Of a stretch of DNA of 64,000 nucleotides, positions 27,632 through 37,404 are shown piece by piece. The first letter of the stretch is position 1. Each line of letters opens with the position of its first letter. A program made the translations under genes and the position numbers. Source of the DNA: Candidatus Collierbacteria bacterium (GTDB lineage Bacteria; Patescibacteriota; Microgenomatia; UBA1400; JACPES01); assembly GCA_016219325.1 (NCBI GenBank), contig JACRNH010000014.1:132-64131 (forward strand). The letters run 5' to 3'. The notes beneath the pieces were generated by a model. It worked only from the letters and a program-made list of their open reading frames with translations, ran no database searches and was not told the DNA's origin.

Positions 27632-28370
27632 TGACCACCCTATGTCTTGGGAATCTAATTCCCTTTTCCGTTTGGAAATTTACCACATATTCTCTTAGAG
27701 ATTGTTTGTCTTTTTCAGAGTCAAAGTCTTCAAATATCGGCACGCCTTGTAAAAATAGATCCAGGTCATCGTGCGATGCGTAATATTCGTCATAGATATA
27801 GTCTTGGGAAAAGACAATTTCAAAACCCACCCTTTTCAGTTCTTGTTTATCCTTTACTAATCTTGAGGTATTCCATTGGCCAAAATCCTGACCCCGGCCA
27901 AATATTTCTTTGATTCCCTGACAATCTTTTTCGCCAATATCTATCCCGATAAAGTAACCGCCTGATTTTAATAATCTGTGAAACTCGGCAAAAGGCGTCG
28001 GACCGCGGCGGCTATAAATTACATCAAAAGATTTAGCCGGAAACGATGTTTTAGCGGCATTTTGAAGTTTAAAAATAACATTTTTGACGCGTAAGACACT
28101 TCTTTTATGCCCGGCAATTTTTAATAATTCTTTAGATGTGTCAATTCCGGTGATGCTTAAAAAGTATTTGGCTATTTGGAAAGCAAACTTTCCGTCGCCG
28201 CAGCCGGCGTCGAGGGCAATTTTGTTTTTATTTGCCAATCCAAGCAGTTTTTTCTTAAAAATTTTCTCGGGGTCTCCGTCCGGATATTCGGTAAGATGCT
28301 TTACATGGCCTTTGCCGAAGGCATATCCGCCGAATTTTTTAGCGACTTTATCGTAGAAATTAGATGTCAT
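27612..28370 (-). CDS. Class I SAM-dependent methyltransferase
   Basis: Motif I ALDAGCGDGKF. 20-bp overlap with the ITPase gene. Confidence 0.75.
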   Translation of the reverse strand: MTSNFYDKVAKKFGGYAFGKGHVKHLTEYPDGDPEKIFKKKLLGLANKNKIALDAGCGDGKFAFQIAKYFLSITGIDTSKELLKIAGHKRSVLRVKNVIFKLQNAAKTSFPAKSFDVIYSRRGPTPFAEFHRLLKSGGYFIGIDIGEKDCQGIKEIFGRGQDFGQWNTSRLVKDKQELKRVGFEIVFSQDYIYDEYYASHDDLDLFLQGVPIFEDFDSEKDKQSLREYVVNFQTEKGIRFPRHRVVIAAEKP

Positions 28371-28376
28371 AACAGT

Positions 28377-29024
28377 TTACGGACAGGCTTTGGCTTTGGC
28401 AAAGCCGGCTGTTTGGGCTTGTTTTTCGGAACAAAACCATTGATCGCCGCGAAAAAGATCGACGGAAATATTATCGTATCTGACTCCGCAGCTAGGAAGA
28501 TAATATATTTTGTCGCCGGTAGCATCATTTATATTTGCCTTAACCCGGCATTTTCCGTCCGGAGGGATAGTTTGAGAGCATTTTTGGCTGTAAATTCCGA
28601 TTTTATTTTTCCTGGCATTCTCTCCGCTTTCCCTCATGGCCTTCGCGTCCAAAGAGTCGGAACTATCGTAGGCTGCCCAACCGGAAGCGATCATCAGGTT
28701 ATTGACCGAAGCTCCGTCAAGATAAACATCCGAAACCAGCCTTTTGAAAGTGTCGTTGGCCGTAGAAGAAATTTTAACTTTTTTATTTAATATTAATTTT
28801 TCCAATTCATCTTTGGCTTCCTGCGATCCGCAGAGTCCCATTTCCGGAGCGTCTATTCCCAGAATTCTGACTTTTGCTCCAGTATTAGTTACAAAAGTAT
28901 CTCCGTCGGTCACTTCGGTTACCGTATAAAAATCTTTGTTTCTGGTTTTTATTTTGTCCGCGGTAAGGTAAATGTTGAAGAAGACAGAGAGAACAATAAA
29001 AAGAATTCCAAAAATCTTTTTCAC
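28377..29024 (-). CDS. Secreted thermonuclease (SNase-like) with a Cys-rich C-terminal tail
   Basis: Signal/TM segment, VTDGDTF...RILGIDAPE SNase motif, and a C-terminal CGVRY...CSEKQAQTAGFAKAKACP. Confidence 0.7.
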   Translation of the reverse strand: MKKIFGILFIVLSVFFNIYLTADKIKTRNKDFYTVTEVTDGDTFVTNTGAKVRILGIDAPEMGLCGSQEAKDELEKLILNKKVKISSTANDTFKRLVSDVYLDGASVNNLMIASGWAAYDSSDSLDAKAMRESGENARKNKIGIYSQKCSQTIPPDGKCRVKANINDATGDKIYYLPSCGVRYDNISVDLFRGDQWFCSEKQAQTAGFAKAKACP

Positions 29025-29055
29025 AAGTTAAATGTAGCATAAAAGGAAACTAGAT

Positions 29056-29595
29056 TTAAACCTCTAACCAACCGCGGAAACCGCGGCCGGCATAATAAGA
29101 GTCTGCACCGTTGTGATAGATAAAAACATGATCGTAACGGCGGTCGGCAAAGACGGCTCCCCCGAGTTTTCTGATTTCAGCCGGCGTTTTTATCCAACTT
29201 GAAGTTTTCGTATCAAAAGCGCCAAGTATCTGCAACTCCTGATATTGTTCTTCCGTTAAAAGTTCGATTCCCATGGCGTTTGCCATTTCAACGGCGCTAC
29301 TTTTCGGCTTATATTCTTTCCTTGACTCCAGCGCTTCGCGGTCATAACAAACGCTTCTCCGGCCTTTGGGGCTTTCCGCGCTGCAATCATAAAAAATGTA
29401 TTCACCCGTATTTTTATTCAACCCAACAACATCCGGCTCACCGTCGGTTCTTTCCATTTCCGAAAGCGACCATAATTTTTGGGGATTTTCTTCCAGCCGT
29501 TTTTGGACCTTAATCCATTCAAGGCCTTTATGGCGGTTCATGTTTTTCTCAAACCGGGGTTTCAATACCTTAAACAATTTTTCCTTATCGTTCAT
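29056..29595 (-). CDS. Hypothetical protein (DUF4256-like)
   Basis: MERTDGEPDVVG...YIFYDCSAESPKGRRSVCYD segment. Confidence 0.4.
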   Translation of the reverse strand: MNDKEKLFKVLKPRFEKNMNRHKGLEWIKVQKRLEENPQKLWSLSEMERTDGEPDVVGLNKNTGEYIFYDCSAESPKGRRSVCYDREALESRKEYKPKSSAVEMANAMGIELLTEEQYQELQILGAFDTKTSSWIKTPAEIRKLGGAVFADRRYDHVFIYHNGADSYYAGRGFRGWLEV

Positions 29596-29645
29596 GCTTT
29601 TATTTTAACAGTCTCCTTTTTTGTCTTTTGGAAAAAATTAAAAAC

Positions 29646-29672
29646 TTCTCTACCGCGCCGCTATCCGCGCCA
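29646..29672. repeat. GC-rich tandem motif (tctctaCCGCGCC gctatCCGCGCCa), copy A
   Basis: Lies in the promoter region of the 29056-29595 gene. Near-identical to the core of copy B at 31141-31178. Confidence 0.6.
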
Positions 29673-29680
29673 AATACCAA

Positions 29681-31117
29681 TTATGCCGTGGTCTTGGTAA
29701 AAAAATATAGCCAGGCGGGAATTACAGTTACCTGAATACCTTCCTGCTCTAATTGCTCCTCATGATCAAAAGTGAGAATGATTCCGCTCGATAAACCGAA
29801 TTTTAGACAAGCCTGCACCAACCCTTTCATTTCTCGCTCTTTTGTTTTAGGATCCACAAAATCAGCAGCCACCTGAATCGCCGCAGCAACTTTTCCTTTT
29901 TCAATTACTACAAAATCGCATTCGCTGCCATTTTGCTGATAAGCTATTTGCTTGCCTTGTTTTAAAAGTTCCAAGGCCACAGTAGTTTCCAGCAATCTAC
30001 CTTTGTCCTGACTCAACTTATAATCCAAAGCCGCTCCCATCCCTTGGTCAATTACATAGCATTTTTTCAAGGAACCTTCAGCTTTAACCACTGAATGTGA
30101 ATATTTATTAATAAGTCGATTTAGGTAGATTGCCTCCGCATACTCTTGATATAAATATAATGTATCTTTGCCTACCTGATATCCTTGGGACTTTAGCTCG
30201 TTATAAATTTTGTTGACGCTAAATTCTCCCGCCGACGCGCCGACTATCCGCTTACAAAAATACTTAAGCGTCGAACTATTAGTAATTTTATAACGTTCAA
30301 TTAAATCCCTCAGGACCATGACATTAAAGTATTCCTGTAATATCTTGTCTTTCAATTCACCTTCTTGCTTAACCAACTCGGGGAACCCACCCTGATGCAT
30401 GAAGTGTTCAAAAAGGCTAACGAGAGTGGCCCTATCAGCGCTGCTGTGAAAATTTAACTTTGGAGACAAAACGCCAACATATTCGGCAAACGATAAGGGG
30501 TAAATTTCAAAAGTAATCGTTCTCCCCCGTAAAGCAGTAGCAATTTCCTTTGACAACAATTTGGCATTAGAACCGGTAATAAAAACATGCCGGCTAATCG
30601 AAGCATAAATCCTGCTAACGAACTTCTCCCAGCCGTAAACTTCCTGAACTTCATCAAAAAAGAAATAACAATCTGACAATTTCTGATTCGGATACAATTC
30701 TTGATATGCCTGAAGAATTAAATCTAATTCTTTGCTTGATAGATGCAGCCGCTCGTCTTCAAAATTAAAATAGAGAATCTTCTCGCCTGATACGCCCCTT
30801 GCCTTCAGCTGATTGATCAAATGGAATAAATGATAGGTCTTGCCGCTTCGCCTCACTCCGGCCAAAGTTATAATCTTGCCGCTATCTGCCGGTATTTTAA
30901 GCGCCCTCTCCCATACCTCCGGAATTACTCTCCTTTGACCGTCAATGATGATTGTTTTTATTAAGTCTTTCCCTGTCATAAGGAAAGAATACATCAAATA
31001 TTTCCTTCTGTCAAGGAAATATTTGAAACCGTCAGGCACAGCACTGGCAATTTCAGGCCATGAGCTCAATTCCAGGCACAAATCCGGCTTATTCCAGACA
31101 GGGTCGAGGAATAACAC
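29681..31117 (-). CDS. AAA+ ATPase of the AAA_14/DUF4143 family (paralog of the 23432-24670 gene)
   Basis: Walker A GVRRSGKTYHL with a DUF4143-like C-terminal half. Confidence 0.75.
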   Translation of the reverse strand: MLFLDPVWNKPDLCLELSSWPEIASAVPDGFKYFLDRRKYLMYSFLMTGKDLIKTIIIDGQRRVIPEVWERALKIPADSGKIITLAGVRRSGKTYHLFHLINQLKARGVSGEKILYFNFEDERLHLSSKELDLILQAYQELYPNQKLSDCYFFFDEVQEVYGWEKFVSRIYASISRHVFITGSNAKLLSKEIATALRGRTITFEIYPLSFAEYVGVLSPKLNFHSSADRATLVSLFEHFMHQGGFPELVKQEGELKDKILQEYFNVMVLRDLIERYKITNSSTLKYFCKRIVGASAGEFSVNKIYNELKSQGYQVGKDTLYLYQEYAEAIYLNRLINKYSHSVVKAEGSLKKCYVIDQGMGAALDYKLSQDKGRLLETTVALELLKQGKQIAYQQNGSECDFVVIEKGKVAAAIQVAADFVDPKTKEREMKGLVQACLKFGLSSGIILTFDHEEQLEQEGIQVTVIPAWLYFFTKTTA

Positions 31118-31140
31118 TGATTCTGAGGAAAATTGAAAAT

Positions 31141-31178
31141 GTCTCTACCGCGCCATATTCGCGCCACTATCCGCGCCA
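31141..31178. repeat. GC-rich tandem motif (tctctaCCGCGCC atattCGCGCC actatCCGCGCCa), copy B
   Basis: Three 11-12-bp units immediately upstream of the ATPase start. Same orientation as copy A. Confidence 0.6.
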
Positions 31179-31432
31179 GGTTTGATTAGATTAAGAAATA
31201 ACTGGCTCCCTAAATCTTGTTCTAATATAAAAGGCATAAATATACAAGCAATACTCGCTTCTTTTCAAAATGTTGCCTATATAGGTGTTCTTAAGCAGCG
31301 ATGGGAAGAAATCAAAAAACTACAAAACCCAATTCAATTAGCTGTTGTTCCTAACCTGAAGTAAGCCCGCTTTCTTTAATCCTTGTATAATCTTCTTAAT
31401 CTTGTTATGACTGCCCGTAATTAAGTTCGGAT

Positions 31433-32248
31433 GTGAGAATTATGAAAAATATGAATCTACCAGCCTATCCTAAAAGAAAGATGAAGGGCAATATTGGGGA
31501 AGCTTTGGCTCAATATGTTTTATCAAAGTTTTGTCTTGTCCATAAAATCGACGGAAGCAACGATATCGGTAACGATTTAATATGCGAGCTTATCAGAGAT
31601 GAATCGCCTACTAATTTGCTTTTTTATGTCCAAGTAAAATACTCAAACAAGAACCCGCAGATAAGAAAAGAAACGCTCGAATACTGGAAAGATTCTCCAG
31701 TTCCCGTATATCTGTTTTGGATTAAAGATAAAAACCCCACCCCTATTTACTCTTCTGATAATTTTTCCGAACTTGAAAAATATTATAAAAGATATACTCC
31801 CATATTGCACAATCCACAGAAGCACTCTAGCGAAAAATTCAAATTATACGAAGAGCTCCAATTCAAAAGAGATCTTATCATTGACTATTCAAGAACACAA
31901 TTTTTCAAGGGTTATGCACCTATTATCGAGCCAAGAGATTTTCTGAACATGAACGAAAAGATGAAGCTAGAATTCAGACAATATGTCTTTTATATTAAAG
32001 ATGTCATTCCAGAATACTCAAAACAAATACTTTCACAAAGCTGGCTTCATATTTTCACCTCTGCTGTTTTGTTGTTCCTAAGGGGCGATATTCAAAGTCT
32101 TCAGCAAGCGAAGGGATCTATCGCAATGGCTAAGAAATACCTAAAATATGCTGATGAGAAAAAAGTGTTTATATTTGAAGAAACTTTAAATGTTTATGAA
32201 AGCAAAATAAACGAGGCAATTCAAGTATTGAACGCAAATAAAAAGTAG
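31433..32248 (+). CDS. Hypothetical protein, DUF4365-like (possible PD-(D/E)xK nuclease fold) N-terminus
   Basis: GNIGEALAQYVL...DGSNDIGNDLICEL...YVQVKYS pattern. Confidence 0.4.
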   Translation: MRIMKNMNLPAYPKRKMKGNIGEALAQYVLSKFCLVHKIDGSNDIGNDLICELIRDESPTNLLFYVQVKYSNKNPQIRKETLEYWKDSPVPVYLFWIKDKNPTPIYSSDNFSELEKYYKRYTPILHNPQKHSSEKFKLYEELQFKRDLIIDYSRTQFFKGYAPIIEPRDFLNMNEKMKLEFRQYVFYIKDVIPEYSKQILSQSWLHIFTSAVLLFLRGDIQSLQQAKGSIAMAKKYLKYADEKKVFIFEETLNVYESKINEAIQVLNANKK

Positions 32249-32273
32249 TTCATTAGTTTTTGTTACAAATCCA

Positions 32274-32489
32274 TCATCTAAAGAATTCAGGAATTTCAAC
32301 CTTTAATGCCTTTGCAATCTTGTATAGCACGTAAACACTAGGAGAATAGCGGGCATTCTCCAAATGCCCCACATACGTCCTGTAAAGCCCTGCACGGTCT
32401 GCTAGCTCTTCTTGGGAGACATTCCTCTTCTTCCTCCACTTTTTGATTCTTTTACCGACTTCAACTGTAAGCTCTCTTTTGGATAACAT
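32274..32489 (-). CDS. XRE-family helix-turn-helix transcriptional regulator
   Basis: VSQEELADRAGLYRTYVGHLENARYSPSVYVLYKIAKAL. Confidence 0.7.
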   Translation of the reverse strand: MLSKRELTVEVGKRIKKWRKKRNVSQEELADRAGLYRTYVGHLENARYSPSVYVLYKIAKALKVEIPEFFR

Positions 32490-32564
32490 CCTATCTAAAT
32501 TCTCTCTGATTATCAGAAAACGACAACGCGGTAAACATAGACTTTATAAGGAAAATCGTTTATA

Positions 32565-33419
32565 ATGAGGCTAATCAAGTTATGGATAAAATCGATGAAA
32601 AACAAACTTCCTCAGGTAAAATTTATGCCTGCCTTCCTTGTTTTTTTAGTAATCGTTACTCTTATCTGTGCAAACGAAATAATCAAATTCAATCAATTCA
32701 ATAATTATCTTAAACAAGCCGTGGTTTTATCCGCTTATGGAAAATCCCAAGAAGCCCAAGAGAGCTTACGGTTAGCAAAAGAGAGGATAAATACCACTAT
32801 TCTTGTTAAGATCATCAAAAATTGGGAAATTGACCGGACAGAAAAGCAAATCAATGAAATTGGACAATTAGTAGACGAAAAAGTGAGAAGGGTGATTAAT
32901 GAGGAAATGACAACTTCCTCGTCAACATCTACTCCAACTCCCGCGCCCATACAACAAAAACTTTCAACTTTAATTCCGGATCCAACGCGTCCACCAGAAG
33001 ATAAATCCTCTTACGGATATGATTCCTATTACCCGATAATACTGTCTTTTTCCGATAATAAGGGCGGGCTAATCAAATACTCGCAATACAATCAGTATCC
33101 ATATGGCTCGCAAAATACAGGCATCACTCTAAAGACTGGCGATTCCATAACTTGGAAGGCTGAAGCAAGCGACCCAAAAGGCAGACAAATTTCATACAAT
33201 CTAAACTCAAATTCACAACGGTTTAACGATATTTATGGACGAGGAGAATATAAAACTACGAGTCAGTTTGACTATGCGATTACAGAAGAAGATATAAAAA
33301 GTGCAGGAGATACCTTGCGGATGGTTTTATACATTAGGTCTGAAAAGGATAACTACAGAACGGGTGGCGGCGGAAATGATGATTCAACTTATCTTGACTA
33401 TAAACTCCAACCTAATTAA
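32565..33419 (+). CDS. Secreted or membrane-anchored protein with a Ser/Thr/Pro linker (hypothetical)
   Basis: N-terminal TM, an SSSTSTPTPAP linker, and a Tyr/Gly-rich C-terminus. Confidence 0.45.
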   Translation: MRLIKLWIKSMKNKLPQVKFMPAFLVFLVIVTLICANEIIKFNQFNNYLKQAVVLSAYGKSQEAQESLRLAKERINTTILVKIIKNWEIDRTEKQINEIGQLVDEKVRRVINEEMTTSSSTSTPTPAPIQQKLSTLIPDPTRPPEDKSSYGYDSYYPIILSFSDNKGGLIKYSQYNQYPYGSQNTGITLKTGDSITWKAEASDPKGRQISYNLNSNSQRFNDIYGRGEYKTTSQFDYAITEEDIKSAGDTLRMVLYIRSEKDNYRTGGGGNDDSTYLDYKLQPN

Positions 33420-33424
33420 AAAAT

Positions 33425-33853
33425 ATGGAAAACAAAACAAATTGGTCTTTAATTAAGCAAATACCTTTGTGGGGATGGGGGTTAATTCTGATTCTGTCTA
33501 TTGGTTTTTTATCATCTCTTTCAATCCCCAACAGAGAAACAAAAAACAATAGTAACTCCAATGTAGTCAAGGAGGTCAACAAGCAAACTCAGGCCAAAGT
33601 TAACTTCACTGGCACTCAATTTGTGATAACCAATGCTAATGATTTTGACTGGGAAGAAGTCGAAATCATCATTAATGAAAAATATCGGTACAAAACTGGT
33701 CTAATGAAATCTGGCTCAACCTACGAAATCGGAGCGAGACAATTTACCGATGGCAAAAATGTTCGATTTAATCCTTTCGAGATAAAGCCAGCAGAGATAA
33801 GGATTTGGGTTAAAGAGCCATGGAGTGATGATTGGTACGGAGAACTGAAGTAA
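33425..33853 (+). CDS. Membrane-anchored protein (hypothetical)
   Basis: 142 aa with a single N-terminal TM segment. Confidence 0.4.
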   Translation: MENKTNWSLIKQIPLWGWGLILILSIGFLSSLSIPNRETKNNSNSNVVKEVNKQTQAKVNFTGTQFVITNANDFDWEEVEIIINEKYRYKTGLMKSGSTYEIGARQFTDGKNVRFNPFEIKPAEIRIWVKEPWSDDWYGELK

Positions 33854-33860
33854 GTTGCAA

Positions 33861-36800
33861 CTATTTTTTCTTGTTCAATGCTTCCAACCGAATACCAATC
33901 TGTTTAGTCACATTTTCTTTAACTTTGGCAAAGACTGGTTTAGATAAGATTTGAGGCAATCTCCTCTCTAGTTTTATCAATTCTTCTTTTGTTGCTGATT
34001 TAATGGCAATAGACCATAAAGCACCGAAGTCGGTAGCCGTTTCTAATATTGGCTGAACTGGTGTTTTTGCTGCAATCGCTCTCGAAACTAAATCTGCAAA
34101 AATATTGCTGATATAGTCTATCCAGTAAATTTTATCTTCAGTTATAAGACCAGGTCTCCACATCTTTGAGATGAACTGGAGAAACACGGCACTAAAACTC
34201 CTCAGGTCGGAACCAGGCAGAAAGATTTGATTTATCAAATGATAGCTTCTTGCACGAAACTTAAAATCATCCTCTGCGACTATTACATAGAGGTCATCAC
34301 CACTGAAACTTACAAAGGTGTAAAAACATTCCGCGAGTTTACCAATTGCTTTTGAATACATTGTTGGGTCTAACAATCCCTGCTCTCGAATTTTTTGGAT
34401 AATTAACCAAGTATTCAATGGGGTTATAGCCTCTGATTTAAGAAGCCTATATAACCTAAAATCATCTGTGACCATGATCGTCCCCCTCTTTTTAGCGAGG
34501 TTCATCGAATCAATGAGCCAGCTTTCAAAAAGGTCATTTGTCTTTTGCCCTTTCAATTTACCTTTTGGAACGTGCTTTATGATTTTTATAGCAGTGCTAC
34601 TTCTAAGAAAGTTCCACAACCTCCTAAGACTTTCATTTTCTTCTTGCAAAAGCTCATCTTGAATTTTTTGAAAAAGCGAAAAGGAAATCTCCATCTGTGG
34701 GCATATTTTCTCGGTATCATTAAGAAGATTTAACTTTGACAGTGTGAGTAAGGATAGGTAATCAAATACAAAGACCTTATCTTTTGAATAGTTATCTTCT
34801 AGTTCTTTTCTAAACTCAACCGATGGCAGGGTGTACTCAAACGGCATTTCTGGATCTCTGCCAGACCATACGGTTATATACGGCTTCTTAAAAGTATTCT
34901 GCAGGAAGTAGGAGGGAATAGGCTGTTGTACGTATATTTGCTTAATTCTATTCGTCCACTCTCTCCTATCTTGAATCATTTTGATAATTTTTCCCTTATC
35001 CTTTCTATAGTCTATCTTTTGGATAGATTTTAGTTCTGGAAATTTTTCATCGAAAGCTAGCGCTCCCTCTAACAATCTGTCTCCACCTTCCTCGGAGGCA
35101 TACCTTAACATAACTGCCCCATAATGAGATAAAACCATTTGTACAGCAGGACCTTTTGGCAGTTGCTCAGCAAACCCCCTTGCTTTTGAGGCGGCTAATA
35201 TTGCCTTGTTTTTATCTCCTAGTAATACTTCGACAAGGCTTACGTCCAACCAGTACTGAAAATCATGTTTGTTTGTGGCTTCCTCCTCAATTTTTTGAAA
35301 TAGACCCCGAGCTATTTCTGGACAGCCATTATAAAGAAATGCTCGAGCGATTCTTATGGTTTCTTTATAGGAAATTTTGTCAAAATCAGGTAAAGATTGT
35401 AGTAGTGATAACGAAACTTCAAAGTCCCTCTTTCTAAATGCCTCAACTGCTTTCAGGAATTTGTCTCCTAGAGTGGATTCATTGGGTATATCACTAATCG
35501 GTAAAGCCATTCTCTTAAGCTTTTGCTCTCCCAACCATGTCCTAACTACATTTTGAAAGTAAAAAACTTCGTCATAGAACAGTGTTAGCTCCTTCTCTCT
35601 AGCCACAGACATCGCTTCATCAAAGTCTGCCTTCGCTTGGTTTAAATGCGTCTTTTTTTGAAACTCTGGGGCAATGTCTGAATAGCCAACGGAGTACGGT
35701 ACGGCATCTTTCTCAAGAGCTATAGCAAGCATGACGCGTCCTCTTAACAATAGACTTTCAACATCGTGCTTAAGCTTACAAGAAATATCTGCAAACTTAA
35801 AAGCATTATCTAACTGCCCAGCTTCTAGGTAAAAATGCCCTACAGTAAGCGATAAGACGTCATCGGAAGTAAACAGCTGCGAATATTGAACGCCTTTTTC
35901 TATGAAACCAATTACACCAGACACTCCTTCTTTAACTCTGACTAGTTTCAAATACACTTGTAATATCGCGGGGTCCTGATCCCTTCTTGTTTCTACCATC
36001 AGTGGTTGAAGTATCTGTTGTGCTTTATCTAGTTCACTTTTAGCTTCTTGTTCTTGTAGCTTTTGGCTTTTGTTTATGTGAACCGTAGCCAAGTTTTTGA
36101 CAGCAATTATGAAATCTGTATTTGCCTTAACTGCTTTCCTGAAGTACTCAATAGCTTCATCTAATTCATCTTCAATGCTGCAAGCAACTCCTATGTTGTT
36201 GTAGACTTTCGCTAATTCATTCCCAAAGTCAGGTTTATCTTCAATCTTCCCAAGAATTTTGAACAATAGTGTTTTGGCTTCTCCAATACTGCCCCTATCG
36301 AGCAAGTCTTTTGCTATTTTAATCTCTTCGTCTATAACTGATCTCTCTATGCCTTTGCCACTTAGGGCAATTGAGGTGGGTTTTTGTTCGTTTTGAGGAG
36401 TGTAAATCGACAACACATCTTTTTTCTGTTCTAACTGCTTTGCTTTCTTTACATCCTTATCTGTTGGTATTCTTTTTTGTCTTCTCGGTGTCGTTTTCAC
36501 AGAGAAAATCTTTTGTTCCTCTTTTCCTTCAAGACCCTTCTTTATCACTTGCTCTTTCCAAACCCCTAATATTCTTTTTCTCTCTGTAAGAGAAAGTTTG
36601 ATAGTCTCCCCATAAATATCTTTATAAATCTTAGGAAAACAGCCTATGAGGTCTTTAATCTGTTGTCTTACGGTCCAAAGGACAATTCTAAACGGATAAC
36701 TATGCTTCTGGAGGGAACCATCTACTACTTCTCTAAATTCGTTGTCAACAAAGCCGAATGGAGCAAATATACACCAACAATCACTGGGGGTACTGGAAGA

Positions 36801-37085
36801 GTAAAACTGACTAAGTTTGGTGTGTGTTTCGGTTTTTGGGATTAGTGTTTCCTTGCGACTCTCACAACCGTGACTTTTTGACTCTATTGCCCAGGCAAAC
36901 TCAATCTCTTTATCGTCAATTTTTGCAGACCACTTAGATATGTGATCCTTGCCAAATTGCAATCCACCACTTTGTGGATTTAATTCTAAAGGTAGGAATT
37001 TCCATTCTTTCAGAAGACAAGTTAAAAATTCGTGCAGTATTTTTTCATACTTGTCGCCCTTAGGCTTAGAGCCCTGTATTTTCAT
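33861..37085 (-). CDS. Large TPR-repeat protein (1074 aa), hypothetical
   Basis: TPR-like helical repeats in the central region, e.g. VYNNIGVACSIEDELDEAIEYFRKAVKANTDF. The N-terminal ~200 aa and the C-terminal third are unassigned. Confidence 0.65.
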   Translation of the reverse strand: MKIQGSKPKGDKYEKILHEFLTCLLKEWKFLPLELNPQSGGLQFGKDHISKWSAKIDDKEIEFAWAIESKSHGCESRKETLIPKTETHTKLSQFYSSSTPSDCWCIFAPFGFVDNEFREVVDGSLQKHSYPFRIVLWTVRQQIKDLIGCFPKIYKDIYGETIKLSLTERKRILGVWKEQVIKKGLEGKEEQKIFSVKTTPRRQKRIPTDKDVKKAKQLEQKKDVLSIYTPQNEQKPTSIALSGKGIERSVIDEEIKIAKDLLDRGSIGEAKTLLFKILGKIEDKPDFGNELAKVYNNIGVACSIEDELDEAIEYFRKAVKANTDFIIAVKNLATVHINKSQKLQEQEAKSELDKAQQILQPLMVETRRDQDPAILQVYLKLVRVKEGVSGVIGFIEKGVQYSQLFTSDDVLSLTVGHFYLEAGQLDNAFKFADISCKLKHDVESLLLRGRVMLAIALEKDAVPYSVGYSDIAPEFQKKTHLNQAKADFDEAMSVAREKELTLFYDEVFYFQNVVRTWLGEQKLKRMALPISDIPNESTLGDKFLKAVEAFRKRDFEVSLSLLQSLPDFDKISYKETIRIARAFLYNGCPEIARGLFQKIEEEATNKHDFQYWLDVSLVEVLLGDKNKAILAASKARGFAEQLPKGPAVQMVLSHYGAVMLRYASEEGGDRLLEGALAFDEKFPELKSIQKIDYRKDKGKIIKMIQDRREWTNRIKQIYVQQPIPSYFLQNTFKKPYITVWSGRDPEMPFEYTLPSVEFRKELEDNYSKDKVFVFDYLSLLTLSKLNLLNDTEKICPQMEISFSLFQKIQDELLQEENESLRRLWNFLRSSTAIKIIKHVPKGKLKGQKTNDLFESWLIDSMNLAKKRGTIMVTDDFRLYRLLKSEAITPLNTWLIIQKIREQGLLDPTMYSKAIGKLAECFYTFVSFSGDDLYVIVAEDDFKFRARSYHLINQIFLPGSDLRSFSAVFLQFISKMWRPGLITEDKIYWIDYISNIFADLVSRAIAAKTPVQPILETATDFGALWSIAIKSATKEELIKLERRLPQILSKPVFAKVKENVTKQIGIRLEALNKKK

Positions 37086-37107
37086 AGTTATATTGTATCG
37101 AAGCAGC

Positions 37108-37326
37108 TCATCCGTTTATGAGTTTTTGAATATCTTCCAAACGGTAGCGTCTGTCTCCTGTAACATTGGGATTACTCCTTTTAGGGTGTGCCCTCGAACC
37201 AATCCTTATAGCCACCAATCGACTTTCTTTATCCCACCTTCTCAGCGTGGCGGGGTGGACGCTCAAAAGTTTGGCGGCTTCTTTAATTTTTAACAATCTT
37301 GAAATTTTTGTTTTTGTTTCGTCCAT
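37108..37326 (-). CDS. Excisionase/AlpA-like (HTH_17) DNA-binding protein
   Basis: LLKIKEAAKLLSVHPATLRRW...RYRLEDI. Confidence 0.6.
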   Translation of the reverse strand: MDETKTKISRLLKIKEAAKLLSVHPATLRRWDKESRLVAIRIGSRAHPKRSNPNVTGDRRYRLEDIQKLING

Positions 37327-37404
37327 AGTCGACTCGTTTCTTTAGCTTAATTATGTTAAATTATACATTAGCACTGGTTAATTATAAAGACAATCAAGAT
37401 AAAT

